From Strigamia acuminata (lineage: Eukaryota): a DNA stretch of 64,000 bases. Each line of letters begins with the position of its first letter. Position 1 is the first letter of the stretch. The DNA lies in the NCBI GenBank assembly GCA_949358305.1, contig OX442314.1, positions 6,634,001-6,698,000 on the forward strand. Reading direction: 5' to 3'. Shown here one piece after another: positions 41,944-53,863 of this stretch. Below the pieces are notes generated by a model, which had not been told where the DNA came from, did no database searches, and saw nothing but the letters and a program-made list of their open reading frames with translations. The position numbers were made by a program, and so were the translations under genes.

Positions 41944-44535
41944 TGTAGTTTTTAGTGTCGAAGGTTGGGACAATGATAAGACGCGTGGTTAGGTTTAACA
42001 GCAAATGACTAACTTTATTCTAATTGCTAACACATTATATACAGGTGCGCTCAACCCTGATTGGTTTACGCCAAGTACGTCATCTGGACGTCGTGGGTGC
42101 GCAGGTGAAACGTTCACCTGGCGTGAAGACTGGGCACTCAAAACCAACACTTCCCCTGAGTGCCAGTCACCACATATTCCAACATTTTTACATCTCAAAA
42201 GTTAAAATAATTAAAAACACTTTTCTTAAACAATTCAAATATTAAACATATTTTTCTCAAACAATTCAAATATTTTGTTTTACTAATTAATACTCTTCAT
42301 ATCGAATTCTTCCTGGTGGTTTTCCATTTCGATTTGAATACAGCCTCCGAGTTCTCGAAGATTGTCGCGGAGGCGCTCGTACGTTTTTGATCTGGAGAGT
42401 TTCGACTTCCCCTTGTTCAGTCTCGTTCTCGACTTCATCATTGATCTTGATTTCGACTTCCCCTTGTTCCGTCTCGTTCTCGAAAATTTCTACTTCGTTC
42501 TCGTTCTCGGAAATTTCAACTTCGTTCTCGTTCTCGGAAATTTCGGCTTCGCTCTCGTTCTCGGAAATTTCGGCTTCGCTCTCGTTCTCGGAAATTTTGA
42601 CTTCGTTCTCGTTCTTGTCTAGTTCCACACTTGATTCCTCACTCGGCTGCAAAATCATATATTGCGCCATTTCCATTAATGTTTGACTTATCTGTTCTGC
42701 AAAGTCGTTTTTCAGTTTCTTCAAAATTGATTCGTATTCGAGCTTCTCGTGCCATTCGCGAATTTTTACGTTCTCGGTTCTAGTCTTCTTGACTTCCGCA
42801 GCTGTTTTCTTGTTTTCGGCTCTCGTCTTCTTGACTTCCGCAGCTGTTTTCTTGTTCTCGGTTCTCGTCTTCTTGACTTCCGCAGCTGTTTTCTTGTTCT
42901 CGGTTCTTGTCTTCTTGACTTCCGTACTTGCTTTTTCGGTCTTCATGTTCCCGGTTCTGACTTCGATTTCCATTGCGGTCGCAGCATCCTCGGTCTTGTC
43001 GACGATGTAATATAATCCGTTTCTTTTTTCGGCGGTGAATACGATTTCTCCCTTCGGGCTTATTATTTCTGCTGATTTATTGTCAAAAATCACCTTGTGT
43101 CCCCGCTCTGTGATCTTTCCGACTGACATCAAATTCGTTCGCAAATCCCGTACCAAGAGAGTCTCCGTCAAATCCAACTTCATATTTCCGTCTCCAGTTT
43201 TGACGACGATTTTCGCGGTTCCTTTTCCGTCGATGTTCGTACTCGCTTTACTGGCCAAATTCAATTTCTGGTTCTTCAGGAATTCGATCGTTGAAAATGT
43301 TGAATTGCTCGAGCACATGTGGGAACTTGCGCCGCTGTCCAAACACCAATTTCTCGGCCGTGACTTCTCGCATTTCAATGCTGTCTCGTTTTGTTCGCAG
43401 AAAAATAATTCGTACTTGGACTTCTCGGCTCTCGATGCGCTTTCCTTCTTGCTTTTACTTCGGCAATCGGCGATTTTGTGGCCGATTTTTCCGCAACCGT
43501 GGCACTTGAACTTGAAAGTCGGCTTTTCATCAGAATCCGATTCATCGTCGCCGTTCTTCGGCTGCCTCCGTTTTTGGAACGATTTCTTGGCCAACATTGC
43601 GTCGGATACTTCTTCTTTATCTTTTTCTTGAGAAATTGCTGCGGCTATAATTTTAGCTTTTAGCGCTTCCAGCGTCGGCAATGTGTCTCGCGATTCCATC
43701 GTGATCTTGAACGTATCGAATGATTTCGGCAAACTTTGCAACAGCAGCGTCCCAGTAAGTGTCGGATGGATTTCCATATCCATGTCGAGTAGCTTATCAA
43801 CCGCTTCAAAAAATCCCTTCAGATAGTCACGCACGTTTTCGTTCTCAGCCATTTTGTTTCCGCAAATTTGTTTCAGCAACATGCCCATATTTGCCGGTCC
43901 TTTCGCTTCGTAAATTTCGTCCAATTTTCTCCATAATTCGTTTGAGGTTTTACAGTTTTTCAACAATCGAATCTCCGACTGTTTTACGTGTAGCAAAATA
44001 TCGTATCTCGTGTTTCTGTCTCTCACGTCCCAATTTTCGGCGGCTTTCTTGGTGTTATTGTTGCTTGGATCAACTTCTGGTCGCTTCAATGTTCCGTCCG
44101 CGTACTTTAAGAGATCGTTCTTCCCCAAAATTGCTTCCATTTGGACTTTCCAGGCATCGTAGTTTTCTTTCCCCAGTGGTTCGATTCTAGCCGAAATTCC
44201 GCCTGCATTCGCCATCGTTTCTGATTTTGTTTCTCGAAACGGTTCGTATCAAAAACGTTTTGACTTCTTCGATCGTTTCGTCCCAAATCTCGATATTATC
44301 CGCAGTGGAAGCGTGCTGGGCCCATAACCTGTAGTTTTTAGTGTCGAAGGTTGGGACAATGATAAGACGCGTGGTTAGGTTTAACAGCAAATGACTAACT
44401 TTATTCTAATTGCTAACACATTATATACAGGTGCGCTCAACCCTGATTGGTTTACGCCAAGTACGTCATCTGGACGTCGTGGGTGCGCAGGTGAAACGTT
44501 CACCTGGCGTGAAGACTGGGCACTCAAAACCAACA
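41944..44535 (-). mobile_element. Non-autonomous Ty1/copia element (gag-protease only), recent insertion
   Basis: 206-bp LTRs at 41944-42149 and 44330-44535 appear identical. TSD AATTT, PPT next to 42150, PBS 44301-44329. Confidence 0.95.
42287..44215 (-). CDS. Copia Gag, CCHC zinc knuckle and aspartic protease with a repetitive Lys-rich then acidic tail, 642 aa
   Basis: LGKENYDAWK, CHGCGKIGHKIADC and WCLDSGASSHMC are present. No integrase, RT or RNase H motifs. Confidence 0.88.
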   Translation of the reverse strand: MANAGGISARIEPLGKENYDAWKVQMEAILGKNDLLKYADGTLKRPEVDPSNNNTKKAAENWDVRDRNTRYDILLHVKQSEIRLLKNCKTSNELWRKLDEIYEAKGPANMGMLLKQICGNKMAENENVRDYLKGFFEAVDKLLDMDMEIHPTLTGTLLLQSLPKSFDTFKITMESRDTLPTLEALKAKIIAAAISQEKDKEEVSDAMLAKKSFQKRRQPKNGDDESDSDEKPTFKFKCHGCGKIGHKIADCRSKSKKESASRAEKSKYELFFCEQNETALKCEKSRPRNWCLDSGASSHMCSSNSTFSTIEFLKNQKLNLASKASTNIDGKGTAKIVVKTGDGNMKLDLTETLLVRDLRTNLMSVGKITERGHKVIFDNKSAEIISPKGEIVFTAEKRNGLYYIVDKTEDAATAMEIEVRTGNMKTEKASTEVKKTRTENKKTAAEVKKTRTENKKTAAEVKKTRAENKKTAAEVKKTRTENVKIREWHEKLEYESILKKLKNDFAEQISQTLMEMAQYMILQPSEESSVELDKNENEVKISENESEAEISENESEAEISENENEVEISENENEVEIFENETEQGEVEIKINDEVENETEQGEVETLQIKNVRAPPRQSSRTRRLYSNRNGKPPGRIRYEEY

Positions 44536-47500
44536 AATTTAATAGACTGCAGTCTCATTCCAAACTCAGATCATCAGCCCAAAATCCGAGATCTTGTGTG
44601 ATCTTGGGTGCCAAACAGAAAAGCCAGCCCTAAAGCAACCCCACGCAATTTCTACAGTATACCGTAGTGCCAGGACCATATGGACAAAATTCACAGAAGA
44701 AACCAGGTGTTCGTATGAAATTACTAAATGAGTGGGTTTTTGCAACTGAACAGGCAATAAAGTGTGAGTACCTTTTTTAATTTGTCAATCTTCTAGAGAA
44801 GTAATTTGCACTGTACATGTTTAGCGTTGCACTGAGCTACAACAGTGCTTGGTTTTAATTTTCCTAAGTCGTTTTTATCGTATTTATGTTGAAAAACGAC
44901 AGTAGTTGTATTTAAGGATTTATCGATTTTCTTGCGAAAATAAACTGTGTCTGTTTGGGTCGAGAACAATTTTGCTCCCTCCTCCCCCAGGCTCGATCAT
45001 TCAACCAATGAGGGGACCATAAGGTAGTGTGTGGCAGTGCCACAGGTCACTTGGGTGGCCAAGCGGTCACATTGGTTTCGGCCTTTATTCACATGGTTGT
45101 CTAGGGCTTAGTTCCCAGAAGTGTTTTTCTTGTCTGGGTTGCATTGCTAGAACCCAAACAAATATCAACCCCTGACCATGTGGTTAAGAGACCACGTGGC
45201 CAGCGAGATCTGATTTCTGCTTTGTCTGCACACGCCTGCTGGCAGCTTCAGGTCGGTACCATCTCAGCGCACACGAGTGCGGACATGCATCCGTTCATGT
45301 TGCTGTTCCAGAAAGAACCGGTCAAAGAACGTCTCATTCATGAGACCTTGCCAGACCCAGCTTTACATTGGTTGTCAGATCACTTCCGGGACTGGCAGCA
45401 CCACCTGACAGGGGGTGCCGCCCAAAATAACATCTAGTAATAAGTGTCAGCAACAGACGGTCACACAAACTCCTGCTTCATAGATTCGATTTTCTGTGAA
45501 ATTAGAAATTATACGGTATATCTGGTAAATTATTCATTTTTGGAACGTGACATAGAATGACAAATGAAATCTTTTGCATTTAGATTAAACGCAAACAAAA
45601 AACTGCAACTTTATAAAGTTGATTTTCTTTGAAATTAGAAATTATACCCTACATCTGGTGAATTATTCTTACTTGGAAAGTAACATAAATAACAGATGTA
45701 GAATTTTGCATTTAGATTAAACTCACGCAAGAAACTTCAACGTCTAAAATTCATTTTCTTTAAAATTAGAAATTATACAGTACATCTGGTGAATTATTCA
45801 CTGTTGGAAAGTAACATGAATAACGGATGAAAAATTTTGAATTTAGATTAAACTCGTGAGGTGTCCGATCACTTCAGTGACCACCGTGAAGTCATCAACT
45901 GGAGAAACCGGTAAGTCAAATTTTGAATTGAAGATAGTTTACTCTGTACGGATCGGACAGTGCTCATCCGGAAAGCTGTGTGTTCCAGACAGGTTTGCTG
46001 GACCCAAAACTATACCCAGTAATTTGAAATTCCCTCTACCAGCCAGGTAGTCCGAACAACTTTCTGAGTGAAGTGTGAGTATCTTTTTTAATTTGCCAAT
46101 CTTCTAGAAAAATAATTTGCACTGTACATGTTTAGCGTTGCACTGAGCTACAACAGTGCTTAGTTTGAATTTTCGTAAGTAGTTTTTATCGTATTTATGT
46201 TGAAAAAAGACAGTAGTTGTAATTAAGGATTTATCGATTTTCTCGCAAAAAGAAATCACGTCTGTTTGGGTCGAGAACAATTTTATTGAGTCTTTTGAGG
46301 TGTCCAAATACAAAATCAAACGAACAAAGGCTTATTTCTGATAATTTATGACAAAAATTCTACACTTCCGATTCAGCGTCATCCAAATATCGCCCAAAAC
46401 TACTGCTGAATGTTGGCTTATGTTCTCGCCACCGCCTTGTCCGCCTGGATCTTACACATCCCCACTCTCTCTTAAACGCCAGTTTTTAAAGTAATTGCCT
46501 CTATTGCCTATGACCTACCTCCGCCGTTTAAACTGACTCCGGCCCCTACATGAACCAGGCGTCAATTTAAAGCTTTACGAGATCACTTTTTCGATGCGAT
46601 ATATTGCTTCCGTAACTTATCGCAGCCAAGTGAATACTGTAATCGTATTCATATTTGCTTGGAAAAATAATCGCACAGGCCTAGCCATTCCAGCTGAAAC
46701 AGTATTCTATTCAAATTTTTCTACATTGTTTCTAAAATTGTATCTTTAAAAAACTGATGGTGTTGTTTTTGGGTAAGGATGCCAGCTGGGCCTGATTCCC
46801 AGAGACATAAAAAGACAAAGAAAGACATAAATATAACATGAAGAGTCATAAAGATGACATGTAGAGTCATAAAGATGACATGTAGAGTCATAAAGATGAC
46901 ATGAAGAGTCATAAAGATAACATGAAAATATATAAAAAAGATATAAAAGGCATAAAAAGATATGAAAATCATAGAGAGACGTAAAAATGACATGAAAAGA
47001 CATGAAAAGACGTAAAAATGACATGAAAAGACATTAAAACCATATGAAACAACATGAAAAGACAAAATGGGAAGGAGGTGGGTCTAATTGGATTATGTTG
47101 ATGAGTGGATATGAGCGGCTTTGAACCCGTTTATGATTAGGACGATTTGTACCGCAATTGTATTTTCGAATTTTGAATTCTACTCTGTCATCGATCGGCG
47201 ATTCGAAGTACGAAGTACAACTGGTTCTTTGGTTCTGGGCGCGTGTAAACGAGCGGCATCACTGGTTTGGTCATACATTAAATTAACTCACCCATAATCA
47301 ATGGCTGGAACTGCTTTTGTTTCTTGAGACATGTGATGTTAGCTGGTATTGATGATGTTGATATTTGCAATTGCTTTTCTAAGTTTGCGTCGGTCAGTGT
47401 TGAATTTCGAGTGCCGCCTGCGAGTGCCTTGGCAGGGCCAGACCAAATAATTTTGTAGTCCTTGAAAGGTTTGTGTACCCCTGCCTGATATGGTACGCCT

Positions 47501-48145
47501 GATAGTGGACTTGGTTCCTTGACTGGCCGTGATGGAAAATAGGAATTCGCGTGTTTTTCATCCGCTGCCAATTGAGTTGTTTGTGGGATTGTAAAGCATT
47601 GTAGCAGTGTTCACTACCTTACACATATCATTATTAAATTTAGCACCGAGTTGACTACAGCGCCTCAGTTACTCTCTTTCGCCACACCAACACTAACAAC
47701 ATGTCTGTAACCAGAATAAAATAGTGTCTTGAATTCATGATTAGCCATTAGGAAACACTTTTTTTCAAGCGGTTAATTTAAAATGGAAGATTAAACTCTG
47801 TGTATGTCAATTTATGTAGACGTTAGTTGATTTTCTTGACGTATTTGTAAATTGACACCATTTTGGAGACCCATGTCATGAACTGGACTTAGGACTATTT
47901 TTCACTTCTATAATTAAGGTGATACTATTATTTGGTCTTTGGTAGTGAATTAATCCATATTCCTTCCAAAGACATGCATAAAGGTTAATTGATGGATTTT
48001 ACTGGCGTATGAAACAACCAATGTTAAAAAAATAATGATGTTGTTTCGTTTTTCAGTTTAGCCATCCCTCTGCATGTTTGCTCAAGCAAACAAACTTTGA
48101 TCAAACTCTTTCAGTAACTATACGAGCTTGGAAGGAACCAAAATA

Positions 48146-51100
48146 ATGGAGAATAATAGTTTGATGTGGAGATACAGAAGAGGGAAAAGTCAACTGCGTC
48201 TGACAATTCACCAATTAATGAAGGATGATGCCAACAAACCCAACTGCGATATAATTGGATTGGAAGATTTCGTAAACAGTAGGAAACGTTGGAGGAGCAA
48301 ACATCACATCCTTTGGCTGCTTTTATTCACATTTTGCACGTGCATGCTCACATATCAGACATACGACAGAATAATGCATTACTTCAGTTATCCTACGGCT
48401 GTTGATGTAACGAGTAGATCAGAAAATATTACTTTACCAGACTTAATGGTCTATAGTACAGACACAAAGAAAATGAATAGGCTTTGGGAAGAAACTCATA
48501 TAGCAAATAAAAAAATATCAAAATCCATTTCATGTGCTATCATGCTTAAAAAACTAATGACAATTGAAAACCCAACTTACGATATGGATACACTTTGGAA
48601 AGCAACTAACAATACTGATGACATCGACAGTGTAAAAATGAAAGTAAAAATTAAAATTAAAAAACAAACAATAGAGAAATTCAGTTAAAAATCACAATTT
48701 AAACTATATTTGCATAGGGATATTCAAATACTTCTGTTGTTCAGACGGAAACTGACAGTGAATTAGGAATATGCTCAACATTTCGATTTGGTAACTACAA
48801 ACAAGCATTAATCATTTCCTTCATTGTTACAATAATATTATTCATTGACATAGCTGAAGCTTCTAGCAAATCATTTGTCGGAAAATTACTGACAGTGAAT
48901 TTAAAAAAAAATTACGACTGGACATGCAAAGTGCCTTATTATTGGGTAACTTAATTAAATTACAATAGCAATTGCTACATTAATTTTTTCCTCTTTGCCC
49001 TTAGTTTTACCTGATATTCAATAATGTTGGAAATAACTATTTTGTATCAGTGATGTATCCTGGTTCAACATCTAAAATAAATTTAAGTTGTAACAAAGTA
49101 AAGTTTTACGTAAAAACTTGAAATTCCTGAGCAACACTTGTTAATGTTTACAATTGTAGTTTATATTGCAAAATTCACCGATCAATTCATGCTCTAACGA
49201 AGACGAATACAGAGAATGCTATCGGAATTGCTTACTTAACAAATTTAAAAAGGAAAAATGCAGGTAAGAACATGTGGAAAAAATGCTTCACAATTAAACA
49301 GCTAATTAAATATATTCTGTACAAGATTTCCGTTCATGAAGTTGGATTTGCCACTTTGCAAATTAGGAAATGATGCAGATAACATGTATCACATTGTTAG
49401 GCACTTAATTAAACATACAGAACCAATTACCCATTGCCAATGTCGACGTCCTTGTCAACATTTAACTTTTACACCATATACTGATTTAGGCATAGCTAAA
49501 AATAATAAAACGATGAGTTTAACATTAGCAATAACTAATGAGAAGGTTACTGTTTATGAAGAACGGTACACATATGATGTTATTGCCTTACTATCCGATT
49601 TAGGAGGAAATCTGGGCCTGTTTCTTGGACTATCCGTAATCTCATTACCGCACATCATTTGGTATTTATATTATGTTGCATCAAACATTCGCCGAAAAAG
49701 ATCCGTCAATAAGATTAGGCGTCTGTATGAAATGTGCAAAAACAAAGTCGATGAAACTGAAGAGCAAACCAAAATACATACAGTCTTAGAAAAGTTGAAG
49801 TTAATATTCGTATTAGTTGTTGCAGGATTCACTTTGTATTGCCTGCACATTCGTGTCAATTACTACGTCGATGAACCGGGCACAACAATCGTTCGAATAA
49901 GCCAACGACGCTACACCGAATTTCCTTCTGTCACAATTTGTAGTGAAAAAAGAAATGAAGAAATGCGCACAGCTCGATTGGACTTACTGAAACAACCCAA
50001 TAAAACCTGTGGCAACATATCACCCTGGCAATTGTTCAACAGCAAATTGTCGTTGCAAAACATCTGGAAATCGCTTAGTATCGCCCAAGTTTTACATGTT
50101 GGCTGTGTTGAGAAAAAGGATGTAACTATAATAAGTGATATTCCTCAAATAAAAACCAAACAATTAAAGCTTTATGTTTACAGGTACCATCAATTAATTT
50201 TATTTCACTTCCATTTGGCAATTGTTCACAAATAAGAAATGGTTATATATAAAATTAATTTCTGATTTTAGTTAATTAATGGTTCTATTCAAAGTCTACT
50301 TTTGAATTCTAGGATTTTTCAATAGGTGCATTCAAAGTCAAATGAATTATTTGACTGAAATGACTGAAATGACTGATTTGACTGATTTGACTTAACAGTC
50401 ACAGGAAATGATGCAATTTACATCATCAGATGATAATCGAAATTTGAAAATTCATAATCTGCTTATTTTCATGATTTTTTACAAGCTTTTCAAGACTTTT
50501 CACTCAGTTTTCGATGATTTTTGACGATTTTTGACGATTTTTACACAGTTTTTGACGATTTTTACCGAGGCTTTCACAATTTTTACCCAGTTTGTCACGA
50601 TTTTTACCCTTTTCACCCAGTTTTTCATGATTTTTACCCTTTTCACCCAGTTTTTCATGATTTTTCACAATTTTTACTTTGTTTTTCACATTACATAATT
50701 TTTACCCAGTTTTTCATGATTTTACACGATTTTTACCGGTTTTTCATTATTTTACACGATTTTTACCCAATTTTTCACGATTTTACATGATTTTTATCGT
50801 TTTTCACGATTTTACACGATATTTACCGAGTTTTTCACAATTTTTACCTTGTTTTTCACGATTTTTTACAATTTTCACCCAGTTTTTCATGATTTTTCAC
50901 AATTTTTACCCTGTTTTTCACTGCCCAGTGGAAATGCTCAAAACATAAATTACATGCAAACGAGGTTCAATATTTGCAAGGTTAGTAGCGCTCTTATAAT
51001 TAGGTTAGTAAAATGCTAACACAACACTAAGCTAGTTTACAATAATATTCAATGAATAAATTCAAAAAAAATTTCAAAAAAAAATTCAAAAATTCAAATA

Positions 51101-53863
51101 AATCAAGAAAATCTTCAAAAATGATGTTTTCAAGAAGTTGAAAGGTTTGTGAAGTCATCTGGTGCACTTCACGTGCTTTTCCTTGAAAATCTGGTCCAAA
51201 ATATCCATAATTCTACTGGTTGAAATATCCGAAACAATCCACACACTTCACGTGTATTTTTCTGGTCAAAATGTCCGAAATTCGCAATTTTCGCTGGTCT
51301 ATGGTGTCCAAATCGATTCCCACACTTCACGTGTGTTTTCCTCTCGAAATTTGGGTCCAAAAAACGTCCAAAAACATGCAAAACGTTCAAAAATGCCTCG
51401 CACGAGTCCAAATGGTACAAATCGTCGTCTGGGCGCATTCTGTGCTGCACGGCACGTCCTTCGCGAACGTTTCGGCGACGTTCCTCGTTGTTCGCGAACG
51501 TCCGTGCGACGTTCCTCGTTGTCCGCGAACGTCCGTGCGACGTTCCTCGTCGATTAGCGGTCAACGCCGCGAACGTGTCGGAAATGTGCGGCCCTGGCAA
51601 TCGTACGATCGGCGTGCGCTCGAAAACATAAATTTGTGTTTAAAAATGTCAGCAATTACTAACCTTGCTTTTGCCTAAGTATGGCTGTTCAGCTAGGTAA
51701 TGAGCACTGCTCATTTCTTGAGTCCTTGACCAGTTTCTTGCTGGATTCCTCTTTTCATGATAGACTGACTGGGGGCATCCATCTTGAATGGCTTATTCCA
51801 GTGGCCAAATAATTCATGTGCTCAGCCATGATTGGAGGAATTTTTCCATCAGCCACTTATTGATAAGTCATGATTGGAGTGACTTATCAATAGGCCACTT
51901 ATTGCAATTGAATTATCTTTTCAGTGATGTAAATTACATCATTTCCTGTGACTGGTAAGATATTTCAGTCACATCAGCCAAATAATTGTTCACTTTGTAT
52001 GGAATTTAGCCAAATGACTTATATGAATTATTGATAATTCAGATTATGATAAGTCAAATTTGGATTTTAACTTTGAATGCACCTATTGTCTTTTTTTTTC
52101 TGGAATTATTTAACTGTAAAAATTGCTTACTGCAGACGAATTAGAAAATTAATTCTGACCTTCTCACTTTCTTCCAGATAAAACAAGCACAAAAACCACT
52201 AGACTTGACATTATTTTCACTATAGGTCCAACTCCTGCAGAAGCTTGTGATCCGCAGATAAAGGTGTGTAAAAAAAATATTTTCACTCGAAATCACATGT
52301 AATTTTGCAACCAAAATGGAATGTTATAAATTGACAGTCTCAATGTCTTTTTAAGCAGCATTCTTAAATAAGATAACGAGAAAGTCTATTTATTCATGCA
52401 GAATGAAGCAAAAAAGTTCTTTAGATAATCCAAATCTAAAAGAAGTTAGAAAAATGGTTTGTGTTTGGTTCAGACACACATGTATTCCTAATTGTAAATA
52501 GAAAAAATAGAAAAATAGTTTTTGTGCACATAACTTACAGTTTTAATTATAAATATAAATATTTTGGATTATATTAACACGCAGCTAATCATAAATAATC
52601 GGGAAGAGGAAGTTAACATTTTGGCACCCTTGACCGTAAACCATCCATGTTACTACTTTGTAGTACTTCGAGAGTTTCAGGTAGAAAATGAAATAAATTA
52701 TAGAAATGCTCCTACTAAGATTTCTTTTGCGAAATAGATCATACGAAGAAATACAAAGCTTGATCCGTGTGAAGAGAACAAAAGTGCTTATCTCAAGTGT
52801 AAAAGAGCTTGCTGGCATAACAATGTACTTCGAGGTGTTAAGTGCAGGTATACTTCACATTTCTATTCATGCATCAGCTCCAATTTTATCACATCTATTT
52901 TTATTTTTCGCCGTTCTAAAGATTGACTGATTAGCCAATCCGCAGTCAGTAATTGCACTAGCATTAAACACACACAAACTTGCAAGCATGTTTTGACATG
53001 ACAGCGATTAAAGATTCATTTGCTGCATCACCAGATTGAATCTATTCGAAAAACACCTAACCCTTTTCAGCAGATAAACTGCAACCAGTTGTGACCGTCT
53101 GGCCACCGTGGCTACCTACGGTGATGCGTGTCACTCCACACACTGCTCTCTGGTCCCTGGCCACCCCTCTTGCGAGGTATACTGGCCTAGTGGGAAAGAA
53201 AGGAGCTGAGTGGTGGAGAGAAGAGACTGTGAGTCAGAGAGAGAGAGAGTTTGGACAGCACAGGATGAGGAAGTGTGCTCTTGAGGTCTCTCAGCCAGCC
53301 TGGGCAGTGCAGTGCCCCAGTTGACTCTGCTCGTCTCCATTATTACGTGAAGGTCCGGTCCCACCCACGGCGATCAATCCCCAGATTGCTGTGAGAGCGA
53401 AGACCCGTCACAGCTAGTCTTCAGTTATGTCAATTCTAGAAGAAGCATCTTTGACCAATCTCCTCTTTGTTTCAGATTACCATACATGGGAAAACCTAAT
53501 TTGCCAGTTTGTAACACTACAAGTGTCGTAACTACTGCTCATTTCACGCATTTAAGCAACCTTGACTCGAATCAAAAACAATGCAAATGTAAACAACCTT
53601 GCAAACATATTTTTTACAAAAGTACTTTTCGGAAGAGTCCTTACCTAAATGATGGAGTTACAGTTCTATTGTTGCAATTTGCTGATAGCTCTGTAGAGAT
53701 TGTAGAAGAGAAACAAGCATATCCAATATCTCAATTCTTAAGCGATTTCGGTAGCATTGTAGGACTGGGTTTGGGAATGTCACTTCTCTCTTTGTACGAT
53801 TGGATTTTAAAAACTCTTAATTGGTATCGGAATCAAGATGTGGGTTGTAGATTTGCACTCTAA
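48146..53863 (+). CDS. Tandem two-domain DEG/ENaC (ASIC/pickpocket-like) channel, paralog D, 11 exons, about 797 aa
   Basis: Exons 48146-48643, 48718-48790, 48854-48945, 49005-49097, 49160-49263, 49326-50121, 50184-50241, 52178-52263, 52585-52680, 52738-52847, 53476-53863. GT-AG introns, compatible phases and no stops. Two TM1-ECD-TM2 units. Confidence 0.88.
50324..52084. mobile_element. Non-autonomous DNA transposon in an intron of paralog D
   Basis: TIR AGGTGCATTCAAAGT...ACTTTGAATGCACCT flanked by AT on each side. Absent from the equivalent intron of paralog B. Confidence 0.8.
53090..53412. mobile_element. Truncated solo LTR (small family) in the last intron of paralog D
   Basis: TGTGACC...GTCACA, absent from the equivalent intron of paralog B. 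Confidence 0.7.

Noticed and set aside
44301..44329. tRNA-Met gene fragment or SINE head
   Set aside because: It abuts the LTR exactly and is explained as the primer binding site.
46721..47065. Hydrophobic ORFs here and at 37090-37389, 50521-50948 and 59122-59442
   Set aside because: They are translations of low-complexity tandem repeats.
47278..47571. 97-aa ORF upstream of paralog D
   Set aside because: No recognisable domain or supporting exon structure.
48718..48945. Single 228-bp open exon with an extra hydrophobic segment in paralog D
   Set aside because: The 63-nt stretch 48791-48853 has GT-AG ends, contains a stop in paralog C and matches the phase-1 intron of half 2, so it is treated as an intron.
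51162..51678. Overlapping 130-150-aa ORFs in GC-rich sequence
   Set aside because: They lie inside a non-autonomous transposon with short repeats and show no recognisable motifs.
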